Part shown: positions 1 through 8,032 of the stretch, in pieces | Layout of the letters: each line of letters starts with the position of its first letter | Position numbering within the stretch: position 1 is the stretch's first letter | Origin: Sandaracinus sp. | GTDB lineage: Bacteria; Myxococcota_A; Polyangia; Polyangiales; Houyiibacteriaceae | Direction of reading: 5' to 3' | DNA: 64,000 nucleotides | NCBI GenBank assembly: GCA_020633125.1 | Contig: JACKEH010000005.1 | Span: 3,954-67,953, forward strand | The notes under the pieces: generated by a model | Seen by the model: the letters and a program-made list of their open reading frames with translations, nothing else | The model's database searches: none | What the model was told of the DNA's origin: nothing | Program-made: the position numbers and the translations under genes

Positions 1-102
1 TCGCTGGAGCTCTATCTCGGCGCGACGGCACAGGCGGTTCGAGGGGCGTATTCCTCGCGCGTCTCGGTGCCCCGTGAGGCGTTCGACCCGTTTGACGATT
101 GA
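1..102 (+). CDS. 3' end of an unidentified CDS entering from upstream of the window (partial)
   Basis: Frame 1 is open from base 1 to TGA at 100-102 (...REAFDPFDD*). Third positions are mostly G/C. Too short to assign. Confidence 0.25.
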   Translation, partial: SLELYLGATAQAVRGAYSSRVSVPREAFDPFDD

Positions 103-126
103 TGCCTCTCGGGGAAGGCGGAACGT

Positions 127-432
127 TCACGCCGCCTGACGAAGCGTGTCGTCCTTCGCTCCGCGGGTGGCGTAGCTCACGTGCGGGATCACGCGTGCCG
201 TCTCGGTGCCGAGTCGACTCGCCGCAGCCGCCAGGTACGCGCAAGCCGCGCGCACACGCTCCGTCTCCGCGGCAGCACGCGTCTTCGCCGGGCCTTCGAG
301 CGGGGTCAGGAAGAACCAGAGATGCACCACTGCGTCGCCTTCACGCGCGAGGTGCGCGCGGACGGCGGCGAGCGTGGCGTGGTCGCGCTCGCTTTCGTCG
401 AGCACCGCGTGTTGGGAGCCGTAGAGCCTCAT
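127..432 (-). CDS. hypothetical small protein (101 aa)
   Basis: ATG at 430-432 (reverse strand), stop at 127-129. Third codon positions are strongly G/C and the composition is non-shadow-like (MRLYGSQHAVLDESERDHATLAAVRAHL...). It lies 47 nt downstream of the cytochrome-domain gene on the same strand. Confidence 0.4.
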   Translation of the reverse strand: MRLYGSQHAVLDESERDHATLAAVRAHLAREGDAVVHLWFFLTPLEGPAKTRAAAETERVRAACAYLAAAASRLGTETARVIPHVSYATRGAKDDTLRQAA

Positions 433-479
433 GGCGGGCTGGGACGCACGAGGATCGAAAAAGATTCGACTGCCGCCGA

Positions 480-1379
480 TCACGGGCGGAGGGGGGAGCG
501 GGAGAGCTCTTCTTCGGTCGGCCACGACACGGACACCTCTGGCGTCATCGGCCAACGTCCCGTTCGCGCGTGGTGAAGTCGGGCCAAATGCAGCCAGAGG
601 TGCTTCTTCGACTGTGCACCCAGTCGGTAGACGATGTGCTCGCATGTCGGGTCTCCTCGCGGGAGGCGCTCCGCGAGCGTGTCGTCGCGCGGTGGGATCA
701 CCCCGTCGAGGGGGCCGCCGTTCGTCGAGTGGCACGCGACACAGCCATTCCCGCTCCAGATGTCTCTGCCTCGCTCGAGGCGAGCCACGGCGGGAGCGCG
801 AGGTCCGAACCCATGTCCGAACACCCGCATCCTGCGGTCGGCGGGTGTCGGGTCGAAGGGGCGCAGGAGATCGCGAAGCACGGGCTCGCAGCGACCTTCG
901 ACGCACTCCAACGGCGACGAACACCGTCGGAGACATGGCTTGTCCACCAACGCGAGCGGTAGAACCAACAGCTCTCGTGCGTGGTTGGGTGGCAACACAC
1001 GAATGGCGCCCCCGAGGCTCACGACGCGCCATCGGTCACTACGGAGGCGGACGCGCGCCATCGTGCCGAGCGTCACGCCCGTGAGCGAAGAAGACAGGTT
1101 GGTGACCTGGCTCCGTGCGTCCGTGAGCGTGACCTCCACGTCTTCCGGTGGGACGACGAGCGCCGGAGGAGGCGACATCGCATGGGCGGCTGCGGTCAGC
1201 GCGCCGACCACGAGAAGTGAGCGCCCCACCCATGAGAATCGTGACCACGCGAGGCCCAACGTGGCGAGCGCGATGGCAGCGAGACCGAGCGCGATCCAAG
1301 GGTCGAGGCTCGGGCCGAGAATCTCGAGCGCCGGCGTGTCCACGCTGGCGTTTCTGGGGTGAAGGGGAGTGCGCGACAA
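480..1379 (-). CDS. membrane-anchored protein with a c-type cytochrome haem-binding motif
   Basis: CXXCH motif in a typical context (SGNGCVACHSTNGGPLDG). Two hydrophobic N-terminal segments (WIALGLAAIALATLGLAW, LLVVGALTAAAHA). The start is uncertain: TTG at 1379 or GTG at 1343. Confidence 0.6.
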   Translation of the reverse strand: MSRTPLHPRNASVDTPALEILGPSLDPWIALGLAAIALATLGLAWSRFSWVGRSLLVVGALTAAAHAMSPPPALVVPPEDVEVTLTDARSQVTNLSSSLTGVTLGTMARVRLRSDRWRVVSLGGAIRVLPPNHARELLVLPLALVDKPCLRRCSSPLECVEGRCEPVLRDLLRPFDPTPADRRMRVFGHGFGPRAPAVARLERGRDIWSGNGCVACHSTNGGPLDGVIPPRDDTLAERLPRGDPTCEHIVYRLGAQSKKHLWLHLARLHHARTGRWPMTPEVSVSWPTEEELSRSPLRP

Positions 1380-1476
1380 GTCGCGGAACGACGCACGAAC
1401 CGACGGTGCGCGTCAGGAAGCAGTGGTCATTGCCGACCACGAAAGATCTTCCTCGAGGGTCGGTTCGTTCACCTGC

Positions 1477-2034
1477 TCACCTCGCCGGACACGCGCGTGC
1501 GAGCGCGTCGAGATCGATCTCCTGCGCGAGCGCCCACGCGACCTCGGTCGGGCCTTGGCCGCCGACCTGCAATGCGCAGCGATCGTGGATCCACACGAGC
1601 ACCTCGCCCGGTCGCACACGCGCGGGCACGGCGCCGAGCATGCGGTCTTCCGCGTTCGTCACGCCGCGTCGGAGCGTCTCGCCCATGCCTTCGGTGCACG
1701 TGCAGACATGCACGAGGTCGGTGATCGACACGCGCCAAGTCACCCCGTCGCGCTCGTACGCCGCGGCGACCTCGGGCGACCAATGACCAGCGTAGCCGCG
1801 CGGGATCTTCGCGATGGTCGAGCCTTCCGCCACCGCGGGCAGGCTGGCCGCGAGGCCGTCGAGGTCCGTCGGCACGTCGTCACCCGCCAGGCTCGGGACC
1901 AGGCCACCCACGTCTTGGTTGGCGGGATCCGAGAGCACGGGGCACGGATCGTTCGCGGTCGCCGCGCGTGGTTCGGCGCGCTCGGAGGCCGAGCCGCAAC
2001 CGAGCATCAGCGAGAGGCAGAGGAGGGCGCGCAT
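1477..2034 (-). CDS. lipoprotein, unknown function (185 aa)
   Basis: Only the C-terminal 185 codons of the 759-aa track ORF look real. ATG at 2032-2034 followed by a lipobox signal peptide, MRALLCLSLMLGCGS. Confidence 0.65.
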   Translation of the reverse strand: MRALLCLSLMLGCGSASERAEPRAATANDPCPVLSDPANQDVGGLVPSLAGDDVPTDLDGLAASLPAVAEGSTIAKIPRGYAGHWSPEVAAAYERDGVTWRVSITDLVHVCTCTEGMGETLRRGVTNAEDRMLGAVPARVRPGEVLVWIHDRCALQVGGQGPTEVAWALAQEIDLDALARACPAR

Positions 2035-2089
2035 GTGCCGCGAGCGTAGCGCGGACCGGACGTGTGAGGGGCGGCCGTGAGAGCGCCGA

Positions 2090-2238
2090 CCACTTGCACG
2101 GATCGAAACCGTGCGAGTGTCGTGGCGCTCGGTGGAGGGAGGGGGCCTCAATCCGGCTTTGCCGGTTGGGGGAGGGAGCGCGCCGCTCCCTCGAGAAAAG
2201 AGAAGAGCATGAATCAGTGCACTGATTCTTGCTCTGAG
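2090..2238 (+). repeat. structured intergenic repeat element, copy A (full length)
   Basis: About 150 nt, nearly identical to 31047-31197. Three modules: hairpin CCACTTGCACG..CGTGCGAGTG, a core GGGGGCC-CAATCCGGCTTTGCCGGTTGGGGGAGGGAGCGCGCCGCTCCCTC, and a palindrome GAGCATGAATCAGTGCACTGATTCTTGCTC. Confidence 0.8.
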
Positions 2239-2286
2239 AGGACGGTGGGGAAGGGCGGGGCGCCGACCACGTAGAGTGATCCGCTC

Positions 2287-4272
2287 ATGGGCGCGTTCTT
2301 CACGTCGGTTCAGGTCCGTAGCGCGGACGTCGAGCGGGTGCTCGCGACTTTGCGGGAGGACGCGAGCGCGGCAGGCTTCGACGAGGTCGAAGACGACGCG
2401 AGCGACGCATCGATCGACCGCGCGATCTTCGTCACCGAGCCCGACGAAGGAGGCTGGATCGCGGTCTACGACCTCGAGAGCGAGGGCCAAGACGTGCGCG
2501 TGCTCGAACGCCTGGCGACGAAGCTCTCGAAGGCTTGTGAGACGGACGCGCTGACCGTCTTGGTGCACGACAGCGACACGCTCGACGCGAGGCTCTTCAC
2601 GTGCGGCGCCCGCGTCGATCGGCTCGAGGCCGGCGTGCGGGTGCGAAAGGGCGACCCGGCCCAATGGGCCCGCCTCGTCGACGACCCCCTCGCGTTGAAG
2701 ACGCTCCTGGCGCGCGACGACTTGGTGGCGGAGGCGATGCTCCTCGAGCTCGCGGAGCTCCTTCGCGTCGACGGGGCGCGGATCGCCACCGGGCATCGCT
2801 ACGCGGCCGGCGATCCCACCCTCACGCGCCGCACGTTGCGATTCCGGTCGCGTCAGCGGCCCGCGTGGGAGTCGGAAGCCAAAGGGCCACCGCGCCTCGT
2901 GCCGACGATGCAACCGCACGAGCGCACCGAGCTCGGGGTCGGCGACGCGCTGCGACTGAGCGCGAGCGCGTCGAGCGTCGGCGGCGCGGGCCGAGGACTC
3001 TCGGTCGTCCTCTGGGGCGAGGCGTTGGAGCGAGGCCTCGTGACGCTGGAGCGTGTGGAGCTGCTCGTGGGCAACGTGCGCGCGGGGGCGCGGCACGAGA
3101 TGCTCGTCCCCGAGCCGCGATCCGGGCGCGACGGCCAAGCGATCTGGGTCGTCGACGTGCCCGAACGCGCGATTCCGGCGGGCATCGCTCCCGACGCGCT
3201 CGGTCCGCTGGCCGGCATGGGGTTCGCCGGCGGCGGGCTCGGTCTTCTCGACGCGCAGTTCGAGCGCCTCGTGCACGTGAACCTCGTCGGTCAGGTCGCG
3301 CAGGTGGGCGTCGGAACGCTCGGGATCGGCTTCGTGCCGACCGAGAACCGCGGAGGTGCGTGCGGCGTGCGGACGACGCTCGAGATCGCGCCGGCGCTCC
3401 GGCGCCCGTTGCGTGCTCGGACGCTCGAAGGACACCAAGCCCCCCGCTCCGATCTGTTGCGCCCACTCGCGCTCGACTCCCACGACCGGCTGCTCCTGAG
3501 CATCGACGCCGACCGAGCCGACGTCGCGGCGCTCGTCGGGCGGTTGATCGCCGACCTCGTCGAGATGCTGCCGGCCGGGCGCGTCGACACCGCGATCTTC
3601 GCGGCCGAGGTCGCGCAGAAGGTCAAGACCGGCCGTGGGCAAACGAAGACGCTGCTTCGCGGCAAGCGGCTGGCGACGCTCGTCGAGGCGCTCGCGGTCG
3701 CGCCGAGCGTCTCCGTGCGTGTCACCGAAGGCGCCGCCGACCCGACGACCGCGCACCTCGCGCCGGGCTGGATCGTGGAGGCGGGGTTGAGCATCTTGCC
3801 CGACCGACCGGGGCCGCGTGTGAGCACCGTGAGCGTGTCGGTGGAGCGCGCGTCACGAAGCGAAGAGATTCGGCGGGCGATCCGCGGGCGGCTCGATCAG
3901 ACCCTCGCCGAAGCGCGCGCGCTCGGTGCGCTTCAAGGCGCGATCACGACGATGGGCCGCCCCTTCGCGAACGCGCTCGAGCAATGCGACTACGAGCTCG
4001 TCTGCCAGGTGCACGGTCCGGCGCCGACGACCCGCGCGTGGTGCGCGCGATGGCTTCGCATGCCGGGCGAGATCACCTGGCTCGGACCCTCGCTCGTCGC
4101 GCGTCTCGATCGAAGCGCGCTCGAGGCGGTCGGCACGATCGAAGAGCACGACGGGGGATGGCTCGTGCGTACCTCGCGAGACGTGATCGACGCCTTCGAA
4201 GAAGCGCTTGCGCCGGTGTTGCCGAGTCACCTCGAGGCGCGCGAGGCGTCGCAGGCGTTCTACCGGGCTTGA
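2287..4272 (+). CDS. hypothetical acidic protein (661 aa)
   Basis: Long ORF with ATG start and natural-looking composition (MGAFFTSVQVRSADVERVLATLREDASAAGFDEVEDD...). No motif recognised. The overlapping minus-strand ORF is Arg/Ala-rich shadow. Confidence 0.6.
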   Translation: MGAFFTSVQVRSADVERVLATLREDASAAGFDEVEDDASDASIDRAIFVTEPDEGGWIAVYDLESEGQDVRVLERLATKLSKACETDALTVLVHDSDTLDARLFTCGARVDRLEAGVRVRKGDPAQWARLVDDPLALKTLLARDDLVAEAMLLELAELLRVDGARIATGHRYAAGDPTLTRRTLRFRSRQRPAWESEAKGPPRLVPTMQPHERTELGVGDALRLSASASSVGGAGRGLSVVLWGEALERGLVTLERVELLVGNVRAGARHEMLVPEPRSGRDGQAIWVVDVPERAIPAGIAPDALGPLAGMGFAGGGLGLLDAQFERLVHVNLVGQVAQVGVGTLGIGFVPTENRGGACGVRTTLEIAPALRRPLRARTLEGHQAPRSDLLRPLALDSHDRLLLSIDADRADVAALVGRLIADLVEMLPAGRVDTAIFAAEVAQKVKTGRGQTKTLLRGKRLATLVEALAVAPSVSVRVTEGAADPTTAHLAPGWIVEAGLSILPDRPGPRVSTVSVSVERASRSEEIRRAIRGRLDQTLAEARALGALQGAITTMGRPFANALEQCDYELVCQVHGPAPTTRAWCARWLRMPGEITWLGPSLVARLDRSALEAVGTIEEHDGGWLVRTSRDVIDAFEEALAPVLPSHLEAREASQAFYRA

Positions 4273-4349
4273 GCGTCGAGACGGAGTTGCCAACTCCGGC
4301 CACGACGGGGCAGACCCTCGCGCATTCGCGCACGGTTAGTGGTAGTGCG

Positions 4350-4386
4350 ATAGCTTCAGGCTATCGAACCTAGAGAAACCTAGTCT
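4350..4386 (+). promoter_or_regulatory. candidate OxyR operator upstream of the catalase gene
   Basis: ATAG-cttcagg-CTAT-cgaacct-AGAG-aaaccta-GTCT fits the OxyR tetranucleotide pattern ATAG-N7-CTAT-N7-ATAG-N7-CTAT. The first half matches perfectly, the second half 5 of 8. It ends 50 nt before the catalase ATG, and an oxyR gene lies in the same gene string. Confidence 0.5.
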
Positions 4387-4436
4387 TGGAGACAATCGCT
4401 TCGGGTCGCCACGCTGGTCTTCACAGCGGAGGAGAC

Positions 4437-5909
4437 ATGACCGACTCGAAGCGACCGACTCTGACCAACGACGCGGGCAACCCGATCTCGAACGACACCT
4501 TCAGCGTCACGGCGGGCCCCGGCGGCCCGGTGCTGCTGCAAGACCATCGGCTCGTCGAGAAGCTCGCGCGCTTCAACCGGGAGCGAATCCCGGAGCGCAT
4601 CGTGCACGCCGTCGGTAGCGGCGCGTACGGCACCTTCACGGTGACGAGCCCCGACGTGCCCAAGTGGACGAAGATGAAGCTCTTCGCCGACGTGGGAAAG
4701 AAGACCGAGGTCTTCCTGCGCTTCTCGACCGTCGCGGCCTCCCGCGGGGGTGCGGACACCGCGCGTGATCCTCGCGGCTTCGCGGTGAAGTTCTACACGG
4801 AGGACGGGAACTGGGATCTCGTCGGCAACAACACGCCGGTCTTCTTCCTGCGCGACGGGCTCAAGTTCCCGGACTTCATCCACTCGCAGAAGTACGACCC
4901 CTACACGAACCGCCAAGAGCCGGACAACGTCTGGGACTTCTTCGCGGCGTCGCCCGAGTCGACGCACCAGTTCGTGTGGCTCTTCGGGGACCGCGGCATT
5001 CCCGCGAGCCTTCGACACACGGATGGCTTCGGCTCGCACACCTTCCTCTGGGTGAACGCCGAGGGCGAGCGCTTCTGGGTGAAGTTCCACTTCAAGACCG
5101 ACCAGGGCATTCGTTGCCTCGACGACGACGAGGCGGCGGCGATCGGCGGACGGGATCCACAGCACCACCAGAAGGATCTCTACGACGCCATCGAGCGCGG
5201 TGAGCACCCGTCTTGGACGTTGAAGGTGCAGGTGATGCCCTTCGCGGACGCGGCGACGTATCGCTTCGACCCCTTCGATCTGACGAAGGTCTGGCCCTAC
5301 GAGGACTACCCGCTGATCGAGGTGGGGAAGCTCGTGCTCGACCGCACACCCGACAACTACTTCGCGGAAGTCGAGCAGAGCGCGTTCGATCCGGGGCACA
5401 TGCCGCCCGGCATCGGACCTTCGCCCGACCGCATGTTGCAGGCGCGGCTCTTCGCGTACGGCGACGCGCACCGCTATCGCCTCGGCATCAACCACGTGCA
5501 CCTCGCCGTGAACGCGCCCAAGGGCGTCGCGGTGCGGCACTACGGACGCGATGGCGCGCACGCCGACGGCAAGGCCGGGCGGGCGAAGAACTTCTGGCCC
5601 ACGCACGGCGACGGGCCGGCGCCCACGGGCGAGGCCTACGACCTCGGCTACGAGCTCTCGGGCTCGATCGGAATTCACCCGACGCCGACCCATCGGGAGA
5701 GCTCGGACTTCGTGCAGGCCGGCGCGCTCTACCGCGTGATGAAGGAAGACGAGAAGGCGCGCCTGGTGCGCCGTCTCGCGGGCTCGCTCGCCCAGGTCAC
5801 TCGACCCGAGGTGATCGCGAAGAGCGTCGAGCATTTCGACAGCGCCGACGCCGATCTCGGCGCGCGGCTTCGAGCGGCCCTGAAGGCCCAGAACGTGGAG
5901 GTGGCGTGA
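4437..5909 (+). CDS. monofunctional haem catalase (small-subunit type, 490 aa)
   Basis: FNRERIPERIVHAVGSGAYGTF (distal His region) and RLFAYGDAHRYRLG (proximal Tyr region). ATG at 4437 is preceded by GGAGGAG. The track ORF begins 51 nt further upstream. Confidence 0.95.
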   Translation: MTDSKRPTLTNDAGNPISNDTFSVTAGPGGPVLLQDHRLVEKLARFNRERIPERIVHAVGSGAYGTFTVTSPDVPKWTKMKLFADVGKKTEVFLRFSTVAASRGGADTARDPRGFAVKFYTEDGNWDLVGNNTPVFFLRDGLKFPDFIHSQKYDPYTNRQEPDNVWDFFAASPESTHQFVWLFGDRGIPASLRHTDGFGSHTFLWVNAEGERFWVKFHFKTDQGIRCLDDDEAAAIGGRDPQHHQKDLYDAIERGEHPSWTLKVQVMPFADAATYRFDPFDLTKVWPYEDYPLIEVGKLVLDRTPDNYFAEVEQSAFDPGHMPPGIGPSPDRMLQARLFAYGDAHRYRLGINHVHLAVNAPKGVAVRHYGRDGAHADGKAGRAKNFWPTHGDGPAPTGEAYDLGYELSGSIGIHPTPTHRESSDFVQAGALYRVMKEDEKARLVRRLAGSLAQVTRPEVIAKSVEHFDSADADLGARLRAALKAQNVEVA

Positions 5910-6418
5910 TGGACCCGTTGGAACGCGAAGCGATCGAGCTCGCCCACGGTGCGTTCGACGCCGCGCGGCGCGGCGAGGTCGCGGTGGTCGAGCAGGCGCT
6001 GACGCTCGGATTGCCGATCGACGCGCGCAACGGGCGCGGCGACACGCTGCTGATGCTCGCGGCCTATTACGGCCACGTGGCGCTCGTGCAAACCTTGCTC
6101 GCGCGGGGTGCGAGCCCGGAGGTCGCGAACGACGCCGGGCAGACCCCGCTCGCCGGCGCGGCGTTCAAGGGCCTCGACGAGGTCGCACGCGCGTTGCTCG
6201 AAGGTGGCGCCGACCCGAACACCACGATGCGCGACGGGCGCACCGCGCTCTTCTTCGCGGCGATGTTCGACCGACTCGCGCTGGTCGAGCGTTTGCTCGC
6301 CGCGGGGGCATCGCCTGCGCTTCGTGACCACGGTGGCCTCACTGCCGCCGACGCCGCGCGCGCCTTCGGAGCGTCGCGCACCGCCGCTCGGCTCGACGCG
6401 CTCGACGCCGCGGCCTGA
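5909..6418 (+). CDS. ankyrin-repeat protein (AnkB-like catalase partner)
   Basis: Repeated GDTLLMLAAYYGH / GQTPLAGAAFKG / GRTALFFAAMFD ankyrin units. Its start overlaps the catalase stop (TGATG). The arrangement matches the katB-ankB pair known from Pseudomonas. Confidence 0.85.
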   Translation: MDPLEREAIELAHGAFDAARRGEVAVVEQALTLGLPIDARNGRGDTLLMLAAYYGHVALVQTLLARGASPEVANDAGQTPLAGAAFKGLDEVARALLEGGADPNTTMRDGRTALFFAAMFDRLALVERLLAAGASPALRDHGGLTAADAARAFGASRTAARLDALDAAA

Positions 6419-6468
6419 TCGCTGCCGACCGGGGACGCCCAGTCTCTTCCGCTCGAAGGAGAAACGTC

Positions 6469-7014
6469 ATGACCACCCTCGCGCTCACCGGCCTCGGCTC
6501 CGGCGCGCTGCACGCGCTCACCGGACCCGACCACGTGCTCAGCCTCGCGCCGCTCGCGGCCGGTCGGCGCGACGCGTGGAAGGTCGGTCTGCGTTGGGGC
6601 GTGGGGCACGGGCTCGGCACCTTGGTGATCGGCTTGCCCTTCTTGGCGCTCGCGCAGTGGGTCCCGCTCGAGTGGCTCGCGACCTGGGGTGAGCGGCTCG
6701 CCGGGCTCACGCTGATCGTGCTGGGCGTGATCGCCGTGCGCGGCGGAACGTCCACGAAGCGGGCCGAGGGAACCGCGTGGGTCGTGGGTTTCGTGCACGG
6801 TGTCTGTGGTGCACCGGCGCTCTTGCTCGTGAGCCCCGCGCTCGCATGGGGCGCGTGGGCGTTCACCGCGAGCCTCGTCGCGTTCGCCGTCGGAAGCGCC
6901 CTCGCCATCTGCGCGCTCACCGCGCTGCTCGGTCGCGCCCGTGGCCTCGAGCGACTCGGACGGGTCGCCGGCGTGGCGTCGATGGGGCTCGGCTTCGTGT
7001 GGATGCTCGGATGA
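6469..7014 (+). CDS. integral membrane protein, possible metal-ion transporter family (NicO/UreH-like), uncertain
   Basis: About 6 hydrophobic segments. Conserved-looking HALTGPDH and GVGHGLG motifs. Family assignment is tentative. Confidence 0.6.
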   Translation: MTTLALTGLGSGALHALTGPDHVLSLAPLAAGRRDAWKVGLRWGVGHGLGTLVIGLPFLALAQWVPLEWLATWGERLAGLTLIVLGVIAVRGGTSTKRAEGTAWVVGFVHGVCGAPALLLVSPALAWGAWAFTASLVAFAVGSALAICALTALLGRARGLERLGRVAGVASMGLGFVWMLG

Positions 7015-7051
7015 CGATTCCGAGGTCGAAGTCGTCGTTCGTTGAGGCACG

Positions 7052-7978
7052 ATGAGCGCCGGCATGGGTCCGCACGGCTTCACGCTCCGGCAGCTTCAAT
7101 ACGTGCTCGCGGTGGCCGAGACGGGCGGGTTTCGCAAAGCCGCCGAACGATGCCACGTCGCGCAGCCCTCGCTGAGCGCGCAGGTCGCGCAGCTCGAAGA
7201 CGCGCTCGGTGTGGTGCTCTTCGAGCGAGGTCGCCGCGTGCTCGTCACCGAAGCGGGCGAAGCGGTGCTCGTGCGCGTGCGGCGTCTGCTCGCCGAAGCC
7301 GACGACCTCGAGACCTTCGCGCGCGGTCTGGGTGATCCGCTCGACGGCACGTTGCGACTCGGCGTGATTCCGACGATCGCGCCCTATTGGTTGCCCGAGG
7401 TCGTGCCCGCGCTCGAGCAGGCGCACCCGAAGCTCCGCGCGTTCTGGCGCGAGGACAAGACCGAGGTCTTGGTGCGCGCGATCGAAGAAGGGAACCTCGA
7501 CGCGGCCATCGTCGCGCGGGAGGCCGACCTCGGCGAGCTCGTGCAAGACGAGCTCGGGTCCGATGCCTTCTTGCTCGCCGTGGCGCCCGACGATCCCTTG
7601 GCCAAGGGCAAACGACCGCTCGATCTCGCGGCGCTCGAAGATCGCACGATGCTCTTGCTCGACGACGGTCATTGCTTCGGCGATCAGAGCCGCGGTCTGT
7701 GCGCACGGGTCGGCGCCCGAGAGCTCGACTTTCGTGCGACCAGCCTCGGGACGCTCGTGCAGATGGTTCGTGGCCTTCACGCGATCACCTTCTTGCCGGC
7801 GATGGCGGCGAGCGCGGAGGGCGCGAGCTCGGGCTTGAAGTTGCGGCGTCTGCGCAACGCGCCACGCCGAACGGTGGTGTTGGTGTGGCGCCGAAGCTCG
7901 CCACTCGGGGACGGATTGCGTCGGCTCGCCGACTCGCTCCGAGGTGTGTTTCCGCGCGGCGTCGAGACGAAAGTCTAG
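7052..7978 (+). CDS. oxyR: LysR-family hydrogen-peroxide sensor/regulator OxyR
   Basis: N-terminal LysR HTH (LRQLQYVLAVAETGGFRKAAERCHVAQPSLSAQVAQLE). LGVIPTIAPYWLP. The redox-cysteine pair sits in the E. coli-like context LLLDDGHCFGDQSRGLC (compare EDGHCLRDQAMGFC, C199/C208). FRATSLGTLVQMV. Confidence 0.9.
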   Translation: MSAGMGPHGFTLRQLQYVLAVAETGGFRKAAERCHVAQPSLSAQVAQLEDALGVVLFERGRRVLVTEAGEAVLVRVRRLLAEADDLETFARGLGDPLDGTLRLGVIPTIAPYWLPEVVPALEQAHPKLRAFWREDKTEVLVRAIEEGNLDAAIVAREADLGELVQDELGSDAFLLAVAPDDPLAKGKRPLDLAALEDRTMLLLDDGHCFGDQSRGLCARVGARELDFRATSLGTLVQMVRGLHAITFLPAMAASAEGASSGLKLRRLRNAPRRTVVLVWRRSSPLGDGLRRLADSLRGVFPRGVETKV

Positions 7979-8032
7979 CGCCATTTCCGGACATCCCCTT
8001 CGGCGACGCATACGCTCGTGTAACCTCACTGC

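Noticed and set aside
2077-2274. Small ORFs translating the dispersed repeat element, such as 2077-2274 and 30905-31168 (peptides containing [11 protein letters not shown] / GGGRGPQSGFAGWG).
   Set aside because: They coincide with the palindrome-rich repeat. They occur in different frames and lengths in each copy, and copy C is truncated. Nucleotide-level conservation fits a non-coding element better.
2035-3756. N-terminal 570 codons of the 759-aa minus-strand ORF 1477-3756.
   Set aside because: Only the last 185 codons, starting with a lipobox signal peptide at the ATG at 2034, look coding. The upstream part runs through the repeat element and antisense to the 661-aa plus-strand gene.
5213-5908. 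First 232 codons of the 401-aa ORF 5213-6418.
   Set aside because: This part overlaps the catalase gene in another frame and is Arg-rich. The ankyrin protein starts at the ATG at 5909, which overlaps the catalase stop.
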